Assembly (NCBI GenBank): GCA_043228905.1 | Contig: JBHGNT010000009.1 | Coordinates: 22,196,001 to 22,260,000 of the forward strand | Length of the DNA stretch: 64,000 nt | Direction: 5' to 3' | From: Azolla caroliniana | Lineage: Eukaryota; Plantae; Polypodiophyta | Part shown: positions 37,152-50,735 of the stretch, in pieces | Layout of the letters: the number at the start of each line of letters is the position of its first letter | How positions within the stretch are numbered: the first letter of the stretch is position 1 | Translations under genes and position numbers: made by a program | The notes under the pieces: model-generated | Databases searched by the model: none | Seen by the model: only the letters and a program-made list of their open reading frames with translations | Told to the model about the DNA's origin: nothing

Positions 37152-40100
37152 ATGGCTCAGAATAACGACCCGATGCCCTCCGCTCAAGCGGAAAGACCTC
37201 AAGGAAATCCTCCTGGGACAATGTCCATTGAGGCGTATATTTTACAAGTACAACATTTCCTTAGTTCAACCGCGCAGCAGTTGACCGAATTTCGGCAATC
37301 TCAAAGTGCTCTCGAGGCACGAGTCATTAGTCTCCAAAATGAGATTAATAGACCTGATGAGCGTCAGGGTGAACCATCATTTGTCGTAAAGCCATTTACG
37401 GGAGATAAAAAGGAAAGAACCGAAGAAGCAATCTGCACGTGGTTGGGCCGATGGGAGTCTCATTTTGAGCTCTATCCCACGCCAGATAGTACGAAGATTG
37501 CATATGTCGGCCGAGAACTAGGGGGTAAGGCCGCCGCTTGGTGGCGTGGGCTCCGAACTTTGGGGAGATTGCCCGAGACCTGGACAGACTTTGTCACAGT
37601 TTTCAAGGGTCAATTTCTACAACCTCCCTCTCGAACCGAGGCAGCACAAGCTTTAATGAACCTCTCTAGCAGGAAGTTTTCCTCGCTAGAAGATTATGTC
37701 CACCATGCTAGAACCCAAATCCAAAAATCGGGTCTAGAAGGGGACAATTGGTTAATAGCTTGTTTTGTCAATGGCATCCCCAATTCGGACTATCACTGGA
37801 TAGTGCACGATAAGGATCCAAAATCCTTCGAAGAGGCCGTTGAGATAGTTCTTCGCTATCAACGCACTTCGAAGAAGGACCATAACAAACCCAACGAAGC
37901 GCCCGGGACTAAGCAGTCGCAATTCGTTGGGAAACGCAAGACACCCAACGAATTCATGGATCGCGATTATAAGCGACAACATCCTTTTTGCGTATTCTGC
38001 AAAAAGAAGGGTCATACAAAAGAGCAATGTCGTAAGCTCCAACGAAAAGAGCACGACGCCAAACCTAAAGCTACAGACCATAAAGGTCATATTCCTAATG
38101 TCCTTCAGGTCTATACACATCATTTGAGTAATTGTCAATGTTCTTTCCCTCATTATGTATTGGGTCCCAATGATTTACTACGTGCAAACGGGTATATCAA
38201 TGGATCTCCCGTACAATTTTTATTTGATTCGGGAAGCTCACACAATTTTGTGAATGATCGTTTGGTACAGATATGGGGAATCCAACCCACCGTAAGTGAT
38301 CACACCTACACGGTGCACTTGGCTGATGGAAGAGTACAACACATCAACGGGGCGATTCATTCTTTAGGAATTTCTATTGATACCTATATAGAGGAAGTAG
38401 ACTTCCATGTAATGAATCTTAGTACCATCGATGTAATACTGGGTTATCCCTGGTTTTATAATAAAAGCTCTTCTTTATTTATTGATTGGGTTCGCCATTC
38501 CATTTCTTTTGTACTCAACGATTGTACGCATTTTATTCAATGTGTAACAAAACAATCCCTCTCGATTGTTTCCTCGTGTCCATCAATATCCGAGTTGTCT
38601 TGTTCTACGTTATTTTATTGTGTACTTGATCCGGACATTCACGTTTACAATATCGATAATGTCTCGGGTCAATTAACATATTTTGAACAAAAACAACTTG
38701 ATGAAATCGTAAACGATTTTCGTGATGTTTTTCCGAGTGAACTACCCGATGGTTTACCTCCTAAACGTAATATAGACCATCGTATAGATATTGTACCTGG
38801 CATTGCACCCATTAGTATACCTCCGTATCGCCTAAGTCGATCTGAAGAGGATGAGGTAGCTAAGCAACTTAAGGACTATTTACGAATGGGTTATATACGT
38901 TATAGTAAATCTCCATGGGGTGCACCAGTTCTCTTGGTTAAAAAGAAAGAGGGCACATGGCGTATGTGTATTAATTACCGACGCTTGAATAAAGTGACGA
39001 TCAAGAATTCGTACCCATTGCCCCGGGCTGACGATCTAATTGACCGTCTCCAGGGAGCTCGGTATTTTACGAAACTTGATCTCCGTACTGGCTACCATCA
39101 AATACGAATAAGTGAGGACGATGTTCCTAAAACAGCATTTCGTACGCGCTACGGCCATTATGAGTTTTTGGTTATGCCTTTTGGTTTGACCAATGCTCCG
39201 GCTACATTTCAACAAGAAATGAATGACATTTTCCGAGAACAACTTGGAAAATTTGTCGTTATCTTCTTAGATGATATTTTAGTTTATAGCCGTACATTAC
39301 AAGAACATGCTAGACATGTCCGCTTTGTTTTACAAATATTGCGTGACAAACAACTTTACGCGAAGATCTCAAAATGTGAGTTCTTCAAGAAATCAATTAC
39401 TTATCTTGGACATCTCATAACCGAACGAGGAGTTGAAATTGATCCTTCTCGCATCGAGAAAATCAAGCTTTGGCCCACTCTTCGGAATATTCGTTGGTTT
39501 TGTCGGATTTTTGCGAAAATCTCTTCGTAATTACTCACAATTGACGACGCCGTTTACTGATCTTCTAAAAGGTCAAACGCGTAAGTCTACAAAACCTATT
39601 GTGTGGAATGTTACACTAGACCTCGCCTTTAAGGAACTCAAGGACTTGGTATGCAAGGCTCCTTCACTTCTTTTACCCGATCCTTCAAAACCTTTTGAGG
39701 TTGAAACCGACGCAAGCGATTATGCTATAGGTGCTGTCTTGTATCAAGATGGTAAACCAATAGCATTCGAGAGTAAGAAACTTGATTCTGCTCAATGTCG
39801 GTATACCGGTCAAGAAAAGGAATTATTTGCGGTTATACATGCGCTCAAAACATGGCGCCATTATCTTTATGGAAATCGCTTTGTGGTAACTACGGACCAC
39901 GAGTCCTTGAAATATTTTTGTGACCAACAAGACCTGAAAGGTCGTAAGGCACGATGGGCTGATCTCATCCAGGACTTTGATTTTTCCATACGATATCGTA
40001 AAGGTTCCATGAATACTGTCGCTGATGCACTAAGTCGCATCCGTGAAGTTAACATGCTTAGCTTCACTGAAATAACATCAGATCTTTATGATCACCTTCG

Positions 40101-41568
40101 AGGAAAGTATCCTGATGACAATTATTTTGCAAAATACTGGGCAAGAGTCGAGTCTGGAACAGACACCACCACACCCTCGAAGGAATACTTCCACATTGCT
40201 AACGGTCTGCTCTACCGTAATGGGAAGGTTTGTGTTCCAGATTTACCTGAGGTCAAAAAGAGAATTCTTTTTGAATGCCATGATGCACCCTCAGCAGGGC
40301 ACCCTGGAATACATCGTACACTCGTTCTCATCTCCACTCAATTTTATTGGCCTAAGATGCGTCCTGACATACATAGCTATGTGACTAAATGTCACCAATG
40401 TCAGGTTAACAAAGCCGAGCGACTTAAAGCCGCAGGACTTTTACATCCCTTGGACATTCCCAATAATAAGTGGGAAAGTATATCCATGGATTTTATTGTT
40501 AGCCTTCCTCGCACCCAAAAAGGTCATGATGCCATATGGGTTGTGGTTGACAGACTGACTAAAATGGCCAGATTTATTGCTACTAAAACCACGGTAACAG
40601 CTCCTGAATTGGCTTACCAATTCGTTGATGAGTTATTTCGTTTTTACGGGTTACCGATGGATATCGTGAGTGACCGAGATCCGAAGTTTACTAGTGACTT
40701 CTGGACGCAAGTCTTTAAGAAGTTAGAAACTACGTTGAGCATGAGCTCCACGGATCATCCTCAATCCGATGGACAGACAGAACGAGTAAATCAAATTATT
40801 GAGGATATGCTTCGAGCATACGTTGGTGCAAAACCAACAAAATGGGAACGTTACCTCCCAATTTTGGAGTTTGCTTATAACAGCTCCAAGCATACGTCGA
40901 CGGGATATAGTCCTTTTATGTTGATGTATGGATTTCAGCCACGAGCCCCGATTGATGTTAATATACATCATGATGAGTTGCGAAGTACGCAAAACTTTCT
41001 TCGGGATATGCAAGATATGTTGCATATTGCACGGGATAATATAAAAACAGCTCAAGATAGAGCGCGTTTTTATGCCGATCATCACAGGCAACCTCGTGTA
41101 TTCAGCCCTGGACAGAAGGTATTTTTACGTGTACCTCACAATTCTAAGACATTGTCTACGGGTAAGTGCGCTAAGTTAGCCCCACGGTTTTGTGGACCTT
41201 TTACAGTCCTCAAACGCATTGGATCATCAGCCTATCGTCTCGCTCTTCCCGATGGTGTTGGAATCCATCCAGTCTTTCATGTAAGTCGTCTAAAAGAACT
41301 TCTAGGTTCTGGCGACAATACAGTTACAACTGAAACTCTGGTTACTTCTGAAGATTTATCTTCTAAACCACATGTACCAGAAAGAATTCTCGATGTTAAA
41401 ACAAAAAAATTACGTGCTAAGGAAATCCGAGAATTTAAAATAAAATGGATGGATAAATCAATCAAAGATGCCACATGGGAATGCGAAACGACTCTAAGAA
41501 CTAACTTCCCTAACTTTCCATTGCAAGAGTGCAATGTTTTAAAGAGGGGGAGTATGTTACGGGCATGA
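37152..41568 (+). CDS. gag-pol polyprotein of element C (gag, PR, RT, RNase H, IN, chromodomain), broken by one frameshift near 39490
   Basis: [72 protein letters not shown], and chromodomain PERILD...FKIKW...ATWE. ORFs 37062-39530 and 39433-41568 overlap at WPTLRNI, where conserved residues are missing. Confidence 0.9.
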
Positions 41569-42056
41569 CCATATAATATCCCGTGGTGAGAATTGTCGTA
41601 GTATTCTATACACGTGGATAAGTGTGAGGGTTAAACAAAGAGTCTAAAGAAGGGGAGGATTACTTTTAATCCTCGGGATTGAGACAACCCATGAGGCCAA
41701 GTGTGAACATGGCTGGGGGCCTTGAGAATTACTATAAATAAGAGGCCTAGCTACCCTCATTTGGGCATGCATTGACTACGTCGAGACTCTGTCCGTGAGT
41801 GGAACGACTCTTGTAGCAAGCGCGCTATCGTCCAGGTACGACTCGACGCCAAGGCGGTGGTATGGGACGCCGATCGAGGCTCGAGTCCGTCTCGATCCCT
41901 TCGCTCGGGGGTGGTCGGGTGGATCAACACCCTTCTTTCTCTCTTTTCTCTCTATTCTTTCTAGATCTATCATTGATATATCCTTATTTTATGCTTACTT
42001 TAGTACCTAATCTCTAATACGAGCCGAGGTTCATACCCTCCGCAAAGATTTGGAAT

Positions 42057-45000
42057 ATGGACGAATCATTAGGTGGGATGATTAAGTTGACCAGACCCAA
42101 CTACTCCATTTGGAAATCCAAAATGAGAGACATGTTGGTGTGTAAGGACATGTGGTTGCTCGTACGACATGGTACAAGCAAACCTGAGAACATAGATGCA
42201 TCAACTTGGGAAGCAATGCATCTAAAAACAACATCATTCATACATTGTTTTATAGACATGAGTCTATATAACAATTTCGGTGATGAAACCAAAGCACACG
42301 AATTATGGGGGGAAATCAAAACTATGTTTCAGACCAAAAACGCCTTAAATAGAGTCTCTATGTTTAGGAAACTTGTAAGACTTAGATATCAAGATGGCTC
42401 TAGTATGACAGAGCATCTAAACACGTTTCAAGGACTAATAAGTCAAACCATCTCTCCAGATATACCTTTAGCAAATGAGGTGTTGACCTTGTTATTGTTA
42501 TGCTCTCTCCCAGATAGTTGGGAAACCCTTGTTGTGACGCTTGGCACTGCAACACAACAAAAGGAGCTAACATTGGACATGCTTAAGTCGAGTCTTCTAC
42601 ATGAAGAAGGGCGACAAAAGGAGCATGCGTACAACTTTGACCATAAAGCCTTAGTCATAGAAAACAACTCCTCTAGAGGACGAAGCCATGCCAGGGGTCC
42701 ATAAAATCACAGAAATAATTCTAAGGGGAGGTCTAAATCTAGAAGTAGAAAAGACTTCATGAAATATTTTTCATGTCATTATTGTGGTGGCCCAAACCAT
42801 TATGAGAGAGACTGTTGGAAGAAAAAGAAAGACCAAAAGAAAGGAACTACTGACAATAAGAGCAATGACCCCACTATAACCACTTGTGATGGCGACATTG
42901 TCATTGCCTGTGATGATGCGTGTGTTAGGTTAGCATGCCAACAAACTAATTGGATTATTGACTCGGGAGCCTTGTATCACACTACATATCGGGAGATGTT
43001 CTCGTCATATGCCGGTGGTGACTTTGGCAAAGTCAAAATGGCTAACCACAACATAATAGAGGTTGTTGGCACCACAGACACGGGTTACAAACTAGTATTA
43101 AACGATGTTAGGCATGTACCGGACATTCAGCTGAATATTATTTTGGCCGGTAAGCTTGATGATGAGGGTTACACAAATTCCTTTGGTGAAGGAAAATGGA
43201 AGCTCATCAAAGGCTCGCTAGTATTAGCAAGATGCCTAAAACAGAATTCACTCTATGTAATGCATGTTGTGGTGTTCGGTGGAGAGGTGAATGTAGCCGA
43301 TAAGGAAGTCCCTATTGAATTGTGGCACAAGAGACTTGGGCACATGAGTCAAAAAGGACTCAAGGTGCTAGCTAGAAAGAACATCCTACCTAAGATAAGA
43401 GGTATGCACTTGGAGACTTGTGTTGATTGCTTGGCTAATAGACAACACAGAATCGCTTGTCAACATTTTCCCCCAAAAAGAAAATCTTAGCCACTAGAAT
43501 TAGTGCACACTGACTTGTGCTATATGAAAGATAAGACTCTAGGGGGGGCATTGTACTTTGCCACATTTATTGATGACTTCTCAAGGAAATTATGGTGCTT
43601 TGCATTGAGGACTAAAGATCAAGTCTTTGAGATCTTTAAAAATTTCCATGTAAGTATGGAAAGGGAATCTGGGAGAAAACTTAAATGCATCCGTGCGGAT
43701 AATGGGGGTGAGTACCGAGGACAATTTGAACAATATTGTCATGAGCATGGGATCAATATTGAGAGGAGTGTTCCCGAAACACCTTAGCACAATGGCGTGG
43801 CTGAGAGAATGAATGAGACAATTTGTGAGCGGATAAGATGTATGCTATCCCACTCAAAATTGCCGAAATCGTTTTGGGGTGAAGCAATGAGGACTGATGT
43901 TGACCTCATAAATTTTTCCCCATCAGTCCCTTTGGATGGTGATGTACCCGAGAGGGTGTGGACAAGTAAGGAGGTGTCATACAAACACTTAAGAGTGTTT
44001 GGTTGCAAGTCTTATGTCCACATCCCAAAAGATGAAAGATCTAAGCTCGATGAAAAATGCAAACCATGCATATTTTTAGGATATGGCCATGAGGAATTCA
44101 GTTATAGACTTTATGACCCAGTAGAGAAGAATGTCATTAGAACTAGGGATGTGGTATTCCTCGAGGATCAGACCTTGCAAGATCCAGATCCGAATGAGAT
44201 GTCAAAGATCACCACTAATCCTACGGTCACCAACAATCCAACTCCTGCGCAGGACATACAAGGTTAAGGGGGAGACGTAGAGGATTATCAGGATACGGTT
44301 GATGATGCAACTGATGAGGAAAATGAACAAGATCGTGATAATCAAACCCTAGGTGACCAGACTGATGATGTTTCGGTAGCTCCACCGGAAGTGGAAGGGG
44401 TGAAGGTCTATAAGAAAAAGGCGATCCTCAACTAGATATAGTCCACATGAGCATGTATTGCTTACAGATGGAGGAGAGCCACAGAGCTTTCAAGAAGCTA
44501 TGGCACATGACCATAAGGAGAAATGGCTTGAGGCCATGAATGATGAGATGAGGTCTTTGCAAGACAATCATACCTATGATCTAGTAAAGTTGCCTTTAAA
44601 GGGAAAGAGAGCGCTACAAAACAAATGGGTTTTCAAGGTCAAAGTCGAGGAACATTGCTCACAACCAAGATACAAGGTAAAATTTGTTGTGAAGGGTTTT
44701 AGCCTGAGAAAGGGCATTGATTTCGAGGATATTTTCTCACCAGTAGTAAAGATGTCATCTATTAGAGTTATGCTCAGGATCACAACCAGTCTCAATCTAG
44801 AAATTGAACAACTCGATGTAAAAACTGCCTTCCTTCACGGTGAGTTGGAAGAGGAAATCTACATGGAGCAATCTGAGGGATTTGGGGTCAAAGGAAAGGA
44901 AAACCTGGTATAAAGGTTAAAGAAGAACTTGTACGGCCTAAAACAAGCTCCTAGACTTTGGTATAAAAAGTTTGACTCCTTCATGCTGAGCCATGGGTAT

Positions 45001-45945
45001 AATAGGACAAACACAGATCATTGTGTGTTTTTCAAGAAGTTCTCAGATAATGACTTTGTTATTCTACTTCTATATGTAGATGATATGTTGATTGTTGGTC
45101 GAGACACCAACAAGATTGAAAAGCTGAAAAGAGAGTCGAGTCAATCTTTTGCTATGAAAGACTTGGGACTAGCCAAGCAAATCCTTCGGATGAAGATAAC
45201 CAAGATAGAGTGAGCAAAAGGTTGTGGCTATCTCAAGAACAATATATTGAGAAAGTTCTTGAGAGATTTAACATGGCCAAGTGTAAGCCGGTTAACACTC
45301 CACTCGCGGGCCACTTTAAACTCAGTTCAGATTAATGCCCTACAAGAGAGAATGAAACAAATACCATATGCATCTGCAATCGGCAATTTAATATATGCTA
45401 TGGTATGCACAAGGCCACACATTGCTCATGCAATCGGTGTAGTAAGCCGTTTTCTCTCGAACCCTGGAAAAGATCACTAGGAAGTGAAATGGATCTTGTG
45501 ATATCTGAGGGGTACCTCAAGAGCCTGTCTAAAATTTGGTGAGAACCAAACTATATTAGATGGATATACAGATGCCGATATGGCTGGTGATGTTGACTCT
45601 CGAAAATCAACATCGGGGTATTTAATGATCTTTGCGGGGGGAGCTGTCTCTTGGCAGTCGAGACTGCAAAAATGTGTGGTATTATCCACAACAGAGGCTG
45701 AATATATTTCTGCCACAAAGGCCAATAAGGAATTGCTATGGCTGAAGAAATTCCTACAAGAGTTGGGACTAATGCAAGAAAAGTACATTCCGTATTGTGA
45801 CAGCCAAAGTGCTATACATTTAAACAAAAATTCTTCCTTCCACTCTAAGTCAAAACACATAGATGTTAGGTACCATTGGATTAGAGATGTGCTTGAAGAA
45901 AAACAGATGCACATTGAAAAGATGTTTGCCAAGGGAGAAGCTTGA
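42057..45945 (+). pseudogene. Copia B gag-pol with multiple nonsense codons and frameshifts
   Basis: NYSIWKSKMRDML, CHYCGGPNHYERDC, WIIDSGA, LWHKRLGHMS, DNGGEY, QLDVKTAFLHG, LLYVDDML, STTEAEY, KHIDVRYHWIR. Confidence 0.9.
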
Positions 45946-46527
45946 AGTTTGCAAACCTCTAGTGTAAGATCTAGAGGTTGTCAACACCTTGTATACTTAG
46001 AAAATATTGAATCTGTTTCGGAACCTAAGGTTCCAGTGGTTTTTCCCATTTTTTGGTTTTCCACGTTAAATTTCGTTGTGCTCTCATTTTTGTCTTGTGG
46101 TTTCGTCTATTTGGAAACTTGTGTTGGTAGTGTAAATCATCCCAATTCAGATCCATATTCCTAACATATTCTTGGTATGCGAATAAAAAGGGATAGGCAA
46201 CGATATACTTTGCATTTATCCCAAGAAAAGTACATTGGAAAAATGTTGGACAGATTTAATGTAGCCGATGTTAAGCCTCTTGGAGTGCCATTATAGCCAC
46301 ATGTTAGGCTTTCCAAAGATGATTGTCCAAAGATGACGATGCAACCAATTACGCGAAGAATGTTACATACACATTAGCTTGTGGTTCACTTATGCATGTT
46401 ATGGTTGCCACTCATATAGACATTGCTCATGCAATCAGAGTTGTTAGCAGGTTCATGCCTAATCCTGGTCCCATCGTGGTGGAGCTCATTGGGAGGCAAT
46501 CAAATCTATCTTGAGATATTTGAAAAG

Positions 46528-46640
46528 GTCAAGCCAAGCCATTGGTTTGGCAAGGCTCAAGCCGAGCCGAGCCGCTAAGCCGTTTTAAACCGATTTAGCT
46601 AAATGGTTTAGGCTTGAGTCGAGCCGTGGCCAATCCCTAA
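46528..46640. mobile_element. MITE-like scrap (gccgagcc/aaaccg motifs) where copia A ends
   Basis: aagccgagccgagccgctaagccgttttaaaccg resembles the MITE subterminal arrays. Confidence 0.4.
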
Positions 46641-47123
46641 TCCAAACCACAAATGTTCCTGCATGGGTTGGAAGGTTGCAAAAAACGAAGAATATGTTGT
46701 TGAAAGGCTAACAGTAATTATCTTGGCACCATGAACAAATTGTAAATGTGCAAGACGATCATCTTGTGGCATTTGCTAAAATTGAGTTCAAGTTCTTGTG
46801 ACATGAAACCTACATTGTGGTAAATATGGACACATTGTGGGGAAGTTTTGTTGTGCTCTCCTCATGTCATTCTAGTTTGTCTTACCTAACTAACCTAGAA
46901 CCAAATTCTACGCGGCTAGAACCTAAGCTAGTCTATTGTTGGCGAGGTGTCAATCCACTCCGACGCCTACGATGAGTACTAAGAAATGAACTTAACAAAT
47001 TCTAGTCCTAATACCAAATACACATAAATTGAATTAACTTTACTTGGCGTCTCATACAACCTTCACTAGAATGTATACCCATTCCAACACCACATTAGTT
47101 CATTCCCCTTATGGTCTTGCATC

Positions 47124-47217
47124 CACACAAACACAAACACAAACACAAACACAAACACAAACACAAACACAAACACAAACACAAACACAAACACAAACAC
47201 AAACACAAACACAAACA

Positions 47218-47308
<91 letters not shown>
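47124..47308. repeat. Compound microsatellite (ACACAA)n(AC)n(TC)n
   Basis: Direct reading. Confidence 0.95.
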
Positions 47309-47311
<3 letters not shown>

Positions 47312-47699
47312 GAACTTGTCCACTACCCACAACCAATCCAAGATAAGTTGCACAATGCCCAAACTGCAACCATTAAATGGAAAGATACCCATATAACCAA
47401 TGTTATCCTCATAACACCCTTTAGTCACTACCTTATAGGCTTTCTATTACATTAATGATTTGCTTTAACAATCACAATTGAGGACCCAAAGACAAACAAA
47501 ATACAAACAATTCAACACAACTCGTTTGTAGAATGTTTTGAACTAGAGTTGTAACTACATTAAAACCTTGATAGGATTGAACAAGGTGGATAACTACATA
47601 GTTCTGACAACCAATATGTAACCCCATTCCATGGCACTTTGATTTTTACGACATACTCCTTGTGCTCGAAGTAGATAGATTTTTAGCATCCATAGAGAG

Positions 47700-49343
47700 G
47701 CCAATATTGACCAATGGGCTTATGTACAAAAGTTATCTTGATATGTGTCTCCTTCCTAATAAGGGATATTGATACATTGAAGCACCAAGTCTTGATGTGT
47801 GAATAAGGCATACACATATGAGCTCAACCTTCTAGTGTTGTCTTTAGTGTGACACTCAAGTCATCACACCCTCTTAATATATCATAATAGCTTTCATGAA
47901 TTGCACTATATGCAGAGCATGTAAAAAGCACTTAGCGAGTACTACTCATCCTTTATTAGCCCTTCCTTGCATACCTTACATGCCTTTATATTTGGTTGAT
48001 TTTGATTCCATAATACAACTTCAATACCTAGGTTGTGTGATCAAGTGTGAAAGAGTGTTAGGGCTCTACTAGAATTAATACTCATGTTAGTAATGAGGTA
48101 AGGTTGAATACGATCAATAGGCCTTCTTTCTTTATATAGAACCCAACATTCAAGATTGATGTTTGCAATGTAATATTCTAATTTTGTCCTTTTAACATCT
48201 TTCCACTTCTTTCTTAGTGGGTTCATAAATCTTTCCTCAATAACTATATATTTCATAGCGTCACTTGAAAACTCTAGGAGATCTTCCCATTTTCATGTAA
48301 ACTACCCAACTGGATGAGAGAATTTTGCAGTTTACATCCAACATTCCAACAAGATGTGGTAATATATTATTGGCATATTCTTGACTTTTGTAATGTACCT
48401 ATATACTCTCTATAACACCAATATCTCTATAGGTCGAACACTAGTTTCCAAGAGCATAACTTGATAGGAGGTGGTGGATTTAACTCCTAAGTTATCTGAT
48501 TAAAAACATCTTTTAAAACTTCTCAATCTCATTCCATGCATTAAGAGAGATAGCGATTCCCCACACTTCTATAAAGCAAAAATTGTATTCCATGGCATTA
48601 AATAACATTTGTTTCACTTCCCATCCATGAGTATCATTTGGTTGCATTTATTTTCCAATTCTAGCTTGAATTCTAGACTCAAAGCATACGCTCCATTTAT
48701 TTGTGGCACATACATTGATACCAAAATACTTAAAAGCTTTGTACAAATTGTACATGTTCTTCCTTATATGTAAACACAGGACATGGTATTGGTGAGGTTG
48801 GATGGTTTGCATTACCATCATTAGTGTTTTATCCACATGTACAATTAGTCCACTACTTTGGCAAAATGCTTCTAATGCTCCAAGTAAACATTGCATACCA
48901 ATAACATTATATGAAAAGATAACCATGTCATCTAAAAACAATAAGATATCTTGTTGCACGAGTTTTGCTTCTTCTCTTACAACCTTATTTACCACTTCTT
49001 CCAATCTACCAATGCATAAACGAAAGAGTGTAGGTGATAATGGACCCTTGCTTAACCCCTATGTTACTTAAAAAGTATTTTGGTGACATCTAACTTTCTC
49101 ATATAATCATGCAATAGCAACTAAATACTCTAATGGCATGCTAATTTCCACCATTCTATTCCAAAGCTCACTTTGTGGTATTGTATCAAATGCTTTTTTA
49201 ATCAACAACGCAACAATAGAGTGTCTCTCCTTATAGTCAACTTTTTTCCATAATTATTCTTAATGTAACACGATGATCTACTATGGAATATTTTGGTCTA
49301 AAACCAGCTTGCCCAAGTGCTCTTTTGTTTTGACGCTTACCCA
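47700..49343 (-). mobile_element. Degenerate LINE reverse-transcriptase remnant
   Basis: Minus strand: KRALGQAGFRPKYSIVDH, KKAFDTIP, GPLSPTLF, LLFLDDMVIFS, FCQSSGLIVHVDKT, FKYFGI. Confidence 0.75.
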
Positions 49344-50735
49344 TGGTCTTACCTCTTGCGTGTCATAGAATATGATTCTATGACTCATACTAAATGGTAG
49401 AATACAAAGTGGTGACATAATGGTGACTCTTGACCGTTGGAGTGTCTCTTCACTCTCAAGGTGAGTTCACACACTAGACCAAGTTGAGCTTGATTCTCAA
49501 CACGCCCCCTCAAGCTCAAGTCGGGTCGGTTTCAGACGGTATCTGAAATCCGCTTCAACTCGCGTTCCGGAGTCCGCGTTGACTCGCGTCGGCTCGCTTT
49601 ATGTGGAGTTGCGGAATTCGTGGTCCAGCTTGCGTTGTGCGAAGTCTGTGCTTTGGCTTGCGTGCGTAGTTGCGAAGTCTGTGCTTCGCCTTGCGTCTTT
49701 CTTCGCGGCTTTGTGCGGTAGATCGGCTCTTCGCTACTTCGTTGCATGGTTGCGGAATCCACGCGTTATTGCATAGTGTCTTCAGTACTCCCCCTCAAGC
49801 TTGGTAGGTCAAGGATCATCAATCCGAGATCGGTCATGAATTGCCACAACTTGTCGGCTCCTAAGGCTTTAGTGAAGATGTCGACCGTTTGAAGATTGGT
49901 GCTAATGTGTTGTAGGTCGACATCGCCATCTAGAACGTGCTCTCGGATGAAGTGATAGTGCACTTCGATGTGCTTTGCCCGCGCATGGAACACCGGGTTC
50001 CGAGCCAGATAGATACTGCTCATGTTGTCGCAGTACAGGGAAGTCAGATCCTTGATGGGTACGCCCAGATCCTTCAAAATCCTCTTGAGCCATACGGCTT
50101 CACACGCAGCTACGGCTGCGCCCCTGTATTCCGCCTCCGTACTCGAAAGAGCGATGGTAGGCTGCTTCTTGCTACTCCAGGATATTGCTCCACTGCCGAG
50201 GGAGAAAACAAATACGGAAGTTGATCTTCTATCAGCTTTGTAGCCGGGCCCAATCGGCGTCTGTGTACCCCTCGAGTTGTATTGGCATCGCGGTCTTGTA
50301 GAGGATGCCGCAATCCATTGTGCTGCTCACGTAGCGTAGAACTGTCAGAACCAAGGATAAAAGATAGAGTGATGGAAGAAGGATAGAGAAGAATGGATGT
50401 ATAAGATAGAGAAAGAAAGAGAATGGATACAATATATGTAATGAGAGCTAAAGACTAGTGTTGATTCGAATTGATTTGAGAATACATGTATGAGCTTATT
50501 TATAGGTTCCTATAGAATAGCTTAGAGATTTCTAGAATGTTCTAGAATGTTCTAGACCTAGAATGCTCTAGGACATTCTAGAACATTCTAGAATAATCTA
50601 GAGTTTTTACAATAATCAATGTAATACAAGAAGTAGCTTTTATTATTTCATATAACAATAAGCTATCTTAATGGTTGAGGTTTTCAAGTATGAATTACAA
50701 GGTTCGAGGTTCAAGTCCGGGTGACGCCATAATGG

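Larger units (their letters stand above)
34990..42019 (+). mobile_element. Ty3/gypsy chromovirus element C, full-length and very young; LTRs 34990-35454 and 41555-42019 (465 bp), TSD CGAGC
   Basis: LTRs differ at one site I can see (cgctcAgggg vs cgctcGgggg). PBS tggtatcagagcc (tRNA-iMet) at 35457; PPT aaagagggggag at 41541; CGAGC at 34985-34989 and 42020-42024. Confidence 0.97.
33971..46166 (+). mobile_element. Ty1/copia element B (Tnt1/Tork-like, pseudogenised); 5' LTR 33971-34975, truncated 3' LTR ~45949-46166, TSD TATTC
   Basis: TG...CA ends with TATTC at 33966-33970 and 46167-46171; PBS tggtatccgagcc split by element C; gag-pol 42057-45945 with many stops. The shared LTR parts differ at roughly 14 of ~219 sites by eye. 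Confidence 0.9.
31880..46525 (+). mobile_element. Ty1/copia element A (old, internally deleted); own sequence ~31880-33970 and 46167-46525, interrupted by element B
   Basis: Probable LTR ~31880-32228; degenerate PBS tagtattagag at 32231. GAG-pre-integrase LWHKRFGHMS and integrase TDNGGEF, NGVVER, FWGEA. RT reads MKHLGEAEHI|LGMRIKRDR across the B insertion. Confidence 0.8.

Noticed and set aside
47044-47455. TQ/HK/VC repeat ORFs
   Set aside because: Microsatellite translations.
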